From assembly GCA_041665345.1 (NCBI GenBank), contig JBAYJA010000002.1, forward strand, positions 97,252-161,251: 64,000 nucleotides of DNA, in the 5' to 3' direction. The notes under the pieces were generated by a model, which was not told the origin of the DNA, did no database searches, and saw only the letters and a list, made by a program, of their open reading frames with translations. This stretch comes from Patescibacteria group bacterium (GTDB lineage: Bacteria; Patescibacteriota; Patescibacteriia; PEXW01). The stretch's first letter is position 1. Each line of letters opens with the position of its first letter. The position numbers and the translations under genes are program-made. Shown piece after piece: positions 9,982 through 18,141 of this stretch.

Positions 9982-10254
9982 TTAGATCTCCCGAGTTTTC
10001 CTGTAGTAAAAGAACTGGCCAAGGATGATCCCCGACAGCACTATTCCGATTGTATCCGGAATCAAAATGTAGAAATCGTTGATAGTAAGTGCATGCCAAG
10101 CTCTGCAGCTATACACGCACACAGTGAGAATGGCCAAGAAAAAGGCCGTTCCGCACCGGCGCTCTTTGCGATTTTTTAGGATCTGCATGGTAAGCCCAAT
10201 TAAGACCATCAGAATCGCAAAGGTCAGCGTTGCATATCCAGATATCTTTTCCAT
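9982..10254 (-). CDS. SemiSWEET/PQ-loop-like 3-TM protein
   Basis: GLTMQILKN..K...G pattern, three TM helices, ILIPDTIG resembles the SemiSWEET third helix. Confidence 0.6.
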   Translation of the reverse strand: MEKISGYATLTFAILMVLIGLTMQILKNRKERRCGTAFFLAILTVCVYSCRAWHALTINDFYILIPDTIGIVLSGIILGQFFYYRKTREI

Positions 10255-10410
10255 TGTGTATTCCTCTTTTTTCGTATATTCGTACTGATTCGTAATTCGT
10301 AAATTTTGTTTCTCTTCTTCAGGGCAAAAGTATGTTTCGCGCTAGAGAAGAGTAGGGAGGAGACGAGTTGAACGTCTGCCTCCCACTTTCAGAAATGTGC
10401 TTAGAAGACT

Positions 10411-11196
10411 TTAGAAGCTGAAGCCTACTTCAGCAAAGTCTACGTTACCATCTGGGGTAAAAGCCCGTAAGGCCTTTACCCGGATGTGTTTCGTGGCGTC
10501 GAGTCTGACGCCGAGCGCGCGGTTATGGACCTCGCCGTCGTTGACGGCGTAGAACAACCGGAAGGACTTATAGTCCAAGTTCACAATCCCAGACAACTGG
10601 TCCTCGCGACCACCGTTGTACCAGGTCTTGCCACCGTAGGCATTGACCTGGAAGGTGTGCCGAATGTTTACCTTTGGCGTTGTGAACCCCGCCGTTTTGG
10701 CAAAGTCTTCTTGCCACAGTAACTCAATACCGTGGAAGGTTAGAGCCGCTGAGAACTCGTTTGTCCGTACAGCGTACAGACTAAGTGCACCACGGTTATA
10801 CCCAACACCGATACCGTTGCCGATAAAGGTGTACGAGTTATGAACGGGGAACCATAACTTCCCGTTCAATTCATTTGGGGACGGCGTAATCTGGCCGGCT
10901 GCGGTGAACGTCGCACCGACGTAGAGAGTTGCCTCCCCATCGAAGATACTCTTCGGTACGCAGCCCTGAGCCGCGATTACCGTATTCGAAGCGAGGTCGT
11001 ATTGAAACTCGCCGCGGATACTGTCAACGTGGAGGGTCAGTTTGGAAACCGCCCACCGATTCGTGAACGACTTCACAGAATCATGCGGTGCCTGGGTCAT
11101 GATATACCCACCAAACTTGACGCTGTCCACTTGCGCGAACAGCGAAGTTGCCATCACAAGGACGGCAATGATCGAAATGATAACTGACTTAAACAT
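10411..11196 (-). CDS. Exported beta-barrel/porin-like protein
   Basis: Signal peptide (LFA|QV), VKFGGYI start, alternating amphipathic beta strands, C-terminal ...EVGFSF. Confidence 0.55.
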   Translation of the reverse strand: MFKSVIISIIAVLVMATSLFAQVDSVKFGGYIMTQAPHDSVKSFTNRWAVSKLTLHVDSIRGEFQYDLASNTVIAAQGCVPKSIFDGEATLYVGATFTAAGQITPSPNELNGKLWFPVHNSYTFIGNGIGVGYNRGALSLYAVRTNEFSAALTFHGIELLWQEDFAKTAGFTTPKVNIRHTFQVNAYGGKTWYNGGREDQLSGIVNLDYKSFRLFYAVNDGEVHNRALGVRLDATKHIRVKALRAFTPDGNVDFAEVGFSF

Positions 11197-11330
11197 TTAA
11201 TTCTCCTTGCCCAAAGCCCTGGGCGTTTTATGTCATTTCTTAAATTATCGTTCTCAAGATTCTAACCAGTGAATTACTTCATGGGTTAGAGAGTGAGGGG
11301 GAGGCAGAATGGAACTGGCTCCCCGTAATT

Positions 11331-11666
11331 TTACAATTTTAGCCTCCTTTGCAGAATTTCTAACCCCGTCTTTTGGTTTTTCACCAAAATGATCGGCAGT
11401 TGATTCTCCCGAATGATCTGAGAAATGCTTTCGCTGAGCCCGGCGATGATGAGAAGATTGCTACTCCCCAATATTTCCCGGCAACTCTGCAGGGAATTAA
11501 TCCCCTCAGTCGTCATTTTGCCCACACCCTCCATTGAGAGGACATAGGATACCCTCGTTTTCTTTCTGACCTCTTGAACTAGGAGTGCGCCTCCTAGTTT
11601 ATCGAGCGACCCTCGGCAGGTGATGATCCTGATATCTTCATCGCCAAAATTTTTCAATGAGAGCAT
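11331..11666 (-). CDS. Degenerate STAS-domain (anti-sigma antagonist-like) protein
   Basis: CRGSLD, LSMEGVGKMTTEGI parallels the STAS DxxGL region; AAGGAG RBS before ATG 11666. Confidence 0.6.
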   Translation of the reverse strand: MLSLKNFGDEDIRIITCRGSLDKLGGALLVQEVRKKTRVSYVLSMEGVGKMTTEGINSLQSCREILGSSNLLIIAGLSESISQIIRENQLPIILVKNQKTGLEILQRRLKL

Positions 11667-11783
11667 GCAATCTCCTTGCATTTGTTCTTGATTATTTTCG
11701 TTCTCACTGTTTCAACCCATGAACCATTTCACGAGTTGGAGGATGAGGGGGAGCCAGAGTAGTACTGACTCCCCGAAATATCG

Positions 11784-12128
11784 TTACGGTAATGCCGCTA
11801 TTCTCTCAAGGGCCGCTTTCTCGTCTTGAGCGATCTCGAAGATAGCGGACAGCTGAGTGATCTCCATCATCTCTTGGATATACGACGCCAGATCAGTGAG
11901 AACAAAGCGTCTGTTTGCCAGCCGGCAAAGCTTGAGGCAGGTGACCAAGCAGCCAAGGCCCGCGGAGGTGATAAAATCAACTTCCTTGAGGCAAAGGAGG
12001 ATTGGACCCGTTCCTTGCTTTACGATTTCCTCGACCTTCCTTTGCAGTATTTCTCTGCTTAAGATGTCGATTCGACCTTTGCAATGAAGAATGGTCGCCG
12101 AACCTTCGTTTCGGATTGTGATTTCCAT
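11784..12128 (-). CDS. Anti-sigma factor antagonist (STAS, RsbV/SpoIIAA-like)
   Basis: KGRID, LKEVDFITSAGLG, MEITQLSAIFEI. Confidence 0.88.
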   Translation of the reverse strand: MEITIRNEGSATILHCKGRIDILSREILQRKVEEIVKQGTGPILLCLKEVDFITSAGLGCLVTCLKLCRLANRRFVLTDLASYIQEMMEITQLSAIFEIAQDEKAALERIAALP

Positions 12129-12149
12129 GTTTTTTCTCCAAACTTTGGA

Positions 12150-12419
12150 TTAAATAGTTCTGTACCAACTTGCCCCATTCATTAGTTGGACATAGCGAAC
12201 CGGACAATGTTTGCAAGTCCGGGTATGGTATTTCGTTTTTGGTTCAGATGAACCAGTTGGCTGTTTCGTGAACCCGTCAATAATTTTCGCTTCCTCAATT
12301 CGATAGGTCCATACGGCCCAGTGCAGGCGACCTCGGAAGTGAATATTCGGGTTGAGGACGCAGATGAATACGGCGACTAGGAAAGCCACAAATAGTGTCA
12401 CGGTGATAAATTCGAACAT
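12150..12419 (-). CDS. Small membrane-anchored protein with CxxC
   Basis: N-terminal TM helix; RTCKHC; AAGGAG RBS. Confidence 0.75.
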   Translation of the reverse strand: MFEFITVTLFVAFLVAVFICVLNPNIHFRGRLHWAVWTYRIEEAKIIDGFTKQPTGSSEPKTKYHTRTCKHCPVRYVQLMNGASWYRTI

Positions 12420-12557
12420 TTTTTCTCCTTGCCCATTTCTGAGTTTTTTGCTTGTTTACTTTTTTCTCACTTCTCAGCACACTGGAATGTCCTAAGAAGT
12501 GAGAGGCAGCCGGCGGTTAATGCGACGGCTGCCTTTCTCTTAAGGTTCGTTTTTTTG

Positions 12558-13061
12558 CTAGCCAATAGCTTTGTGGAAACGTTTCCAATATTCGTCGTCC
12601 ACACAGGGTTCGCCATCGTCGGTCATCGGAACTTCCAGACTAAGGGTCCAGAGCCCGTTGTATTTTTTGGTAGCGCGGATAACGCTACCGGTTTCACGAG
12701 ATTCGAAGAGGATACTCTTCACCGTCGCATTGGTGAAGACGTAGATCCCATCGGATTCGACGCTTGTTCCGTCGGGTCGTTGGACGAATTCAGTCCCGAA
12801 TAATTCCGGACACTTCGTTAAGTTGTCTTCCATCGTCCATTCTCTTGAGCCGTTCCAATGCGGCGTATTCCAGTACGCCTCCATGAGAACAAACGGGGTT
12901 GTTACCAACCCTTTGTCCTTGATAAATTGCGCAAACCTTTCTGCACAATCTTCAGGGATGACGGCAATGCCGCGTACAGCCACAGCAACAACCTCAAAAT
13001 CAACCTCATAAATTCTCTTTATGATACTGGTTGACACTTGAATCGAACTTTCCTGTAACAT
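12558..13061 (-). CDS. Hypothetical protein (start revised to ATG 13061)
   Basis: AAGGAG RBS before MLQESSIQ. Confidence 0.75.
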   Translation of the reverse strand: MLQESSIQVSTSIIKRIYEVDFEVVAVAVRGIAVIPEDCAERFAQFIKDKGLVTTPFVLMEAYWNTPHWNGSREWTMEDNLTKCPELFGTEFVQRPDGTSVESDGIYVFTNATVKSILFESRETGSVIRATKKYNGLWTLSLEVPMTDDGEPCVDDEYWKRFHKAIG

Positions 13062-13180
13062 TTTATTCTCCTTTGCCTTCTCAGGCTTGCGCAAATATTG
13101 TTTTTCTCACTTCTCAGTACACCGTTATATGTCCTAAGAAGTGAGAGGCAGCCGGCGAAAAGCGTCGGCTGCCAAGTAAC

Positions 13181-13357
13181 CTACGTCCTGGTCTGATTGC
13201 TAATTTTTAGCACCAGAATCGTGGTGATGATTACCATCACCACACTCAGGATCGAGAAGGCCAGTGTGGCCTTCATGTTCTGCGCCATCATGGCGCAGAA
13301 CGCGAGAATCAGGGTAATAGAGTGGCAGACCAATATTCTGAAGATTTTTTCTAACAT
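13181..13357 (-). CDS. 58-aa 2-TM membrane protein (start revised to ATG 13357)
   Basis: AAGGAG RBS before MLEKIFRIL. Confidence 0.7.
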   Translation of the reverse strand: MLEKIFRILVCHSITLILAFCAMMAQNMKATLAFSILSVVMVIITTILVLKISNQTRT

Positions 13358-13496
13358 TTTTTTCTCCTTGCCCATAGTCTTGGGCGGTATGTTTGTGTTT
13401 ATTGTTTCAATCTCATAGATCCAACCTATGAACCATTTCACGAGTTGGAGGATGAGAGGCAGCCGGCGAAAAGCGACGGCTGCCCTCGAAATAGAG

Positions 13497-13703
13497 CTAG
13501 CGACTTTTACTGATGATTACCTCAGCGGGGACGACGCCGAGAAGAAATTCTGCGAACACTGCGAAGAAGCAGTAGACCGCGATTTCCAACCAGATCAACC
13601 CACCACCGGAAATGCCGATCATTCCGGTGATTGCCATGATCATTGCAGTGGCTACCATGACGGTAAACCATACTGTAATGAAATCCCACTTCATTTTTCT
13701 CAT
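13497..13703 (-). CDS. 68-aa 2-TM membrane protein, first gene of the array (start revised to 13703)
   Basis: GAAAGGA RBS before MRKMKWDF. Confidence 0.7.
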   Translation of the reverse strand: MRKMKWDFITVWFTVMVATAMIMAITGMIGISGGGLIWLEIAVYCFFAVFAEFLLGVVPAEVIISKSR

Positions 13704-13802
13704 TGTTTCCTTTCGTTGGATTTCCTCACTGTCACCCGCACCAGTCCCTCCGGACTCATGCGGGCGGACAGTGTGCCCGAACGACAAACTGTTCAGGACA
13801 CT

Positions 13803-13847
13803 AAATAAAACAGACCCTCTTCTTTTTATAGGAGAGAGTCTGTTATT
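13803..13847 (-). terminator. Intrinsic terminator between the leader and the first array gene
   Basis: AACAGACTCTCT-CCTATAAAAAGA-AGAGGGTCTGTT followed by TTATTT. Confidence 0.75.
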
Positions 13848-13874
13848 GGGTTGTAATCATAAGAATAGATAAAT

Positions 13875-14060
13875 GAATAGTGAAATAATTGCAAATTATC
13901 CAGTCGCTTGTCGCAGCTTTCGCCGCGTTGTTTACACCAACCCACTGGTAGCGGGTAAGGTGCTCTCTCCGTCGACCCCCCAAGCGAAGAGGAGACGACT
14001 ATGGCACTATTCGGTTTTCAACGTTCGGACAGGCCGCTGAAATAACCAGTTCTAGCGTAA
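13875..14060 (-). ncRNA. Structured leader RNA of the gene array (unknown class)
   Basis: No ORF; GAATAGTG/CACTATTC and AGTCG/CGACT closing helices around three internal hairpins, including CGCGGC-GAAA-GCTGCG. Confidence 0.55.
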
Positions 14061-14066
14061 CGGGGG

Positions 14067-14095
14067 AGTATATACTGGATTGCCAATCCTGTCAA
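14067..14095 (-). promoter_or_regulatory. Sigma70 promoter pointing into the array
   Basis: TTGACA-17 nt-TATACT. Confidence 0.85.
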
Positions 14096-14384
14096 TACCT
14101 AAAAAGGCTAAGGTTAGCCAAAAGGGCTTAGATTAGCCAAAAATACTTATGGTAGATTGTTACGTCCCGCCACCGAGGCGGGATCCCGCCTTCCTTTCCT
14201 CAGAAGTAGAAAGTGGCGGGAAATTACGAAATGAAAGGAGTTACGCCCCGCGGAGCGGGGTCCCGCTTCGCGGGAAATATACGAATTACGAATGGGGATA
14301 CGGATGAATGGAAGGGATGGCAGGACGGGTTTGATTCTTGGATAATGACTGGTTCAAGTAATACAAGGGTTTGCCTGGTAAGGA

Positions 14385-14495
14385 CTACCTCCCCCTACCC
14401 CCTCCTTCGAAAGGAGGGGAGGGTGTTTTTGGTTATGTACAGACCAAGGTGTATTTGTACGTTTCCTCCCCTTTCGAAGGGGAGGACAGGTGGGG
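14385..14495. repeat. REP-like palindrome, CCCCTCC..GGAGGGG family (related copies ~20652-20690, 24403-24535, 50600-50745, 50897-50935)
   Basis: ctacctccccctaccccctccttcgaaaggagggga is identical at 14384 and 20653. Confidence 0.75.
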
Positions 14496-14566
14496 TAACC
14501 CTTACCGGGTGAAAGTATGAATATGAACCCAGCTTTCTCCTTACGCCATACTTCTGCTATGGGGTA

Positions 14567-14595
14567 TTGACAAGCTCCAAATACCATGCTACCTT
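14567..14595 (+). promoter_or_regulatory. Sigma70 promoter
   Basis: TTGACA-17-TACCTT with TG extension. Confidence 0.65.
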
Positions 14596-14680
14596 TAGTT
14601 GTTTTTCAGGTAGTGCCACGCAAGGTGCAAGGAGCAACAAGCGTGGTGTTGGGTGATTAACTTTCCAAGGAGGAATTTGC

Positions 14681-14782
14681 ATGAAGCAGGGGATTATTGT
14701 GACGCCGGATATGCGTATTATTCGCACTGGCGGCTCGATCAATGATAATGCCGACGCGCTCGTTCAAGCGCGCGAGAAGTAA
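14681..14782 (+). CDS. 33-aa peptide (not in ORF track)
   Basis: AAGGAGG RBS; MKQGIIVTPDMRIIRTGGSINDNADALVQAREK*. Confidence 0.45.
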   Translation: MKQGIIVTPDMRIIRTGGSINDNADALVQAREK

Positions 14783-14957
14783 AGTTCGTTCAGCATCGAG
14801 CCGGTTCCATGGAGGAACCGGCTCACATTTTATCCTCCTACGTCTCGATGACGAGACTTCGGAGGACAAGTCCCTCGTTTTGCTCACGGAACTTCGAGGG
14901 CGAGCCCTCCTTTCGAAGTTTGCCTAATCATTCACCCCTCCCTATACTCACCTCACT

Positions 14958-15779
14958 ATGCGTAAAAGTGTTCTCACAATCCTAACGATTGCAGCGCTCC
15001 TCCTTATTGGTGGAGGCGTGTGGGTTAGCAAAGGCGATGATATCCGCGCTCGGTTTTTTGACGACCAACCTGAGGAATTGCCAGTTGCGGTAGAGGCTGA
15101 CCCTGAGCTTGGGAACGAGAGCACCAATGTTGTGGTGAGTAATGCAAACACGAATGTTCCAGTGGTCGCCGGGGAAACTGTGGAAGCGGTGGCTAAACTA
15201 CCCAGCCAGTACAACCTGGCTGTGCCCTTTGTGCTCCAAGCGCCCACAGCAAACTGGGACGCCGTGCACAATGAAACCTGTGAAGAAGCTGCGGTGCTCA
15301 CCGTACACTACTTCTGGACAAAGGTGAAAGGTGCAACTGCCCCACAGATTGAGACACAGTACTCCAAAATGATTGCCTACGAGAACAAGACCTTTGGCGA
15401 CTTCAAAGACACCACTGCAGCGCAGACCGCCAAGATGATCAAAGATTTGTACGGCTACAAACGCGTGGATGTGCTGCCCATGAAATCACTGAACGACGCC
15501 AAAGTGCATGTGGCTGCTGGCCGGCCGGTGATTATCCCTTCCTCAGGGAAATTGCTGAAGAACCCGAATTTTAAAAATGGCGGTCCGCTGTACCACATGC
15601 TGGTCATCCGCGGCTGGATGAAAGATGGCCGGATTATTACCAATGACCCAGGGACGCGGAAGGGGAATGGGTACGTGTACAAACCAGACATTCTCTGGAA
15701 CGCCATCCATGATTGGAATGGTGGGAAGGTGACGACGGGGAAGAAGGTAATGATCGTCGTCTACCCGAACGGCAAGTAA
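14958..15779 (+). CDS. Membrane-anchored C39-like cysteine peptidase
   Basis: VPFVLQAP..W....ETCEEAA (Cys), YHMLVIRG (His), ITNDPG (Asp). Confidence 0.8.
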   Translation: MRKSVLTILTIAALLLIGGGVWVSKGDDIRARFFDDQPEELPVAVEADPELGNESTNVVVSNANTNVPVVAGETVEAVAKLPSQYNLAVPFVLQAPTANWDAVHNETCEEAAVLTVHYFWTKVKGATAPQIETQYSKMIAYENKTFGDFKDTTAAQTAKMIKDLYGYKRVDVLPMKSLNDAKVHVAAGRPVIIPSSGKLLKNPNFKNGGPLYHMLVIRGWMKDGRIITNDPGTRKGNGYVYKPDILWNAIHDWNGGKVTTGKKVMIVVYPNGK

Positions 15780-15794
15780 AAAATGTAATAAACA

Positions 15795-16325
15795 AGCGCG
15801 GGTCTCTGTGCCCGCGCGCAGGCAGAGACGCCTGCGCTTGGGTGTTTATTATTGTCATCCTGAATCCCGTAGCGGGATGAAGGATCTCCGAAGTTGGTAT
15901 ATTGTTCGGAGATTCTTCCGCCTACGTTCAGAAACTTCGGCGGACAGGTCGTAAGACTCAGAATGACAGAAGGAGGAGGGGGTAGGCCAAAGCCCTCGCT
16001 TTGGCCTTTGCTATAAGTTGCTTTTCCCCCTCAGCCACGAGCGACCCACCTACATTGTTGCGATTTCGGCCACTGGCCCAGTGGGCGGGCAGGGGGCTCG
16101 CGGCTACCCCACGTGGGTAGGCGTGGTCCCTTGACCTCGCCTAATGGAAATCCGCCCGGGTCAAGGGACCCGGGCTACCCAAGGTGTGTGCTTGTTTCAG
16201 GACTGTCCAGCAAGATCCTTCCGCCTACGTTAAGAAACTTCGGCCACTGGCTCAGAGGGCGTACAGGTCGAAGACTTGGGATGACAGAAGGAGTGGGTAG
16301 GCGGGGCTTTCATGCCCCGCCATGT
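15795..16325. repeat. Composite REP cluster (TGTC-tagged and GTAG-tagged palindromes)
   Basis: tgtcatcctgaa..ctcagaatgaca; gtaggccaaagccctcgctttggcc; gtgggtaggcggggctttcatgccccgc; homologous to 22215-22440. Confidence 0.8.
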
Positions 16326-16445
16326 ACAAAGCCAATAATCCTTGAACCAAGTGCTGAGGCATAAAAGCCTCAGCTACCCCCTTGGTTTGTAAATACCAAA
16401 AAGCCCCGGGCAGATGCACGAGGCTTGGTTTGAATGAGCGTGTTG

Positions 16446-17072
16446 TTACTTGAAGATCTGGCCGACGTACGGCAGGAGCCAGCCCATGAGGAAACCAGCG
16501 GCTACGTAGTAGAATGTCCAAAGGGTATGGCCGAGCATTGCTCCTCTGAGGAATTCATTGATGTCCATCCCGTTTTCACCGGCTGCAATGTTGATATGGC
16601 CACAGTACGCTGCAAATTTTCCAATGCGACTTCTGAGTACGACATTTTGATCGGTTCGTAATGCGTTTAAAGCACCCTTATACCGTTCAGACGATCGCAC
16701 ATTGCCGAATGGAAGTCCAAGACGTCCGGCATTAAACCCAGCGAGTGAACCTGCAACCGCAGCCGCAACAATAGGTAATCCTGCTAAAAGGAACCACCAG
16801 CTTAATCCCTGACCAATGCCCCAACCTAAGAGAAGTGGGGCAAACATATTTGGTAATCCCGGAACGTAGTTTCCAACGAACACCCAGAAGATGAGCAGCA
16901 GACTGATAGTCAAGAAAAGAGGCGGATTTGCTTGTGCTACGTTGATTATAGATTGCGAGCTAAAAGCCGTAAGCAGAGCGAAACCGATGAAGAATATCCA
17001 CCACCCGGCGGTGCACCATTTCGGAAACGTGTCCCAAAACCACACGCCTTTCATGTTCGTTTCATTTGTCAA
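16446..17072 (-). CDS. Divergent DedA/VTT-like membrane protein
   Basis: GSLAGFNAGR and INIAAGENGMDINEFLRGAMLGHTLW..YY..GF resemble the DedA core. Confidence 0.55.
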   Translation of the reverse strand: MTNETNMKGVWFWDTFPKWCTAGWWIFFIGFALLTAFSSQSIINVAQANPPLFLTISLLLIFWVFVGNYVPGLPNMFAPLLLGWGIGQGLSWWFLLAGLPIVAAAVAGSLAGFNAGRLGLPFGNVRSSERYKGALNALRTDQNVVLRSRIGKFAAYCGHINIAAGENGMDINEFLRGAMLGHTLWTFYYVAAGFLMGWLLPYVGQIFK

Positions 17073-17162
17073 AGTTACCTCCTATTTGAAATCAGTCATT
17101 TGTATTTCAACACACCGTACGTGGATTTTCAGTTTTTGTCAAGGACTTGGTATACTACCCCC

Positions 17163-18134
17163 ATGTTCCAGACCCGAACTTTTGCGTTGCCTGATGGTGA
17201 GGTTATTACCTTTGGGGACACCCGGCAAGGGGAGGCTGATACCCGGCCAGTGCTTCTGCTTCTGCCTGGCCAAAAGCGTCTGCCACCCGGGCAACTTTCT
17301 GGTGACTTCATTGCTGAACAAGTTGACTTCCTGCTGCCGGAGTTCCGGGTGATCATGTGGAACTACCGGTTCAATGACTATCCAGGTGAAAAGATAAATA
17401 TTCCTCGTCTGGCACAAGACCTAGTGGCATTTTTGGCTGCGGAAAAAATTGACCAGGTGTGTTTGTACGGCTACTCGTACGGCGGCATGGTCGCCATTCG
17501 CCTGGCCAGCCTGGTGCCGCAGAAAATCAAAGCCATGGTGCTGCTCAATGCGTTTCCCTACCTCTCCTTTACCTGGTTTGGCTTCAACCGGATTACCCTG
17601 CGGTTCCTGCTCCACCTGTCGGTTATTCCCAGCAATGTTTCTTCCCACATTCGGGAAAGCATGTACCCGTCCTTTCGCCAGCACCCCAATGGGTACCACG
17701 GTATCATTGGTCGCTTTTGCAATTGGCTGAGCCACCACGCCTTGGACACCATCTGGATTCACATCTGGAGTCCGCGCATTTGGTCTGCGCTCAAAGACGA
17801 CGTGCGGCCGTTGCTCCCTAGTATTACCGCACCAACGTTGATTTTGGGTGGGCGGGCAGACGCGGCCTGCTCCTTGGAATCCGCGCGGGAATTTAAGCAG
17901 GGTTTGCCCAACAGTCAGTTGGAAGTGCTGGATAGCGCCGGGCACTACACCGTGCGCATTTGGCCAGAGTCGTTCAACCGGCCCATCCGGTCGTTTCTGG
18001 TGCAGCAGTACGGACTGCCAGAAACCGCCATGCCTATTCCACACCGAACCCCGCCGGCACCCATGCCTGCGGTTCGCCTGCTGCGAACGCTCGTGGTACA
18101 GTATTGGGAGTGGCTTCGTTCCCGCTTTCGCTAA
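17163..18134 (+). CDS. Alpha/beta-hydrolase (start revised; leaderless)
   Basis: GYSYGG nucleophile elbow, LILGGRAD, AGH; TATACT 6 nt before the ATG. Confidence 0.85.
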   Translation: MFQTRTFALPDGEVITFGDTRQGEADTRPVLLLLPGQKRLPPGQLSGDFIAEQVDFLLPEFRVIMWNYRFNDYPGEKINIPRLAQDLVAFLAAEKIDQVCLYGYSYGGMVAIRLASLVPQKIKAMVLLNAFPYLSFTWFGFNRITLRFLLHLSVIPSNVSSHIRESMYPSFRQHPNGYHGIIGRFCNWLSHHALDTIWIHIWSPRIWSALKDDVRPLLPSITAPTLILGGRADAACSLESAREFKQGLPNSQLEVLDSAGHYTVRIWPESFNRPIRSFLVQQYGLPETAMPIPHRTPPAPMPAVRLLRTLVVQYWEWLRSRFR

Positions 18135-18141
18135 GCTGCAA

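Larger units (their letters stand above)
320..13801 (-). repeat. Family of about 20 intergenic double-hairpin elements (approx. 320-398, 1809-1880, 3426-3501, 4695-4758, 4932-4994, 5295-5360, 6006-6069, 6596-6660, 6985-7053, 7829-7886, 8320-8385, 9091-9158, 9755-9865, 10311-10385, 11253-11324, 11703-11774, 12465-12533, 13105-13173, 13411-13485, 13725-13801)
   Basis: On the minus strand each is GC-rich hairpin A directly abutting hairpin B (pyrimidine-rich 5' arm, ending ..GAG/AGA), then an AAAAAC-type linker and RBS. Example: GGTAGACAGCTTCACCCGAAGTCTACC-TCTTTCCTTAGCCCAtactgTGGGCTGAGGAAAGAG-aaaaaac. The 9755 element lacks a clear hairpin A. Confidence 0.9.

Noticed and set aside
1-13801. Classical integron (attC/intI)
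   Set aside because: No RYYYAAC..GTTRRRY boundaries, two abutting hairpins rather than one, and no integrase in the window
1-13801. Prophage region
   Set aside because: No terminase, capsid, portal, tail or replication motifs recognised; cargo is mostly cell-envelope and regulatory
13875-14060. Known riboswitch (cobalamin, T-box, ydaO, lysine)
   Set aside because: Only a short CCCGCTAC similarity; the required conserved motifs were not found by eye
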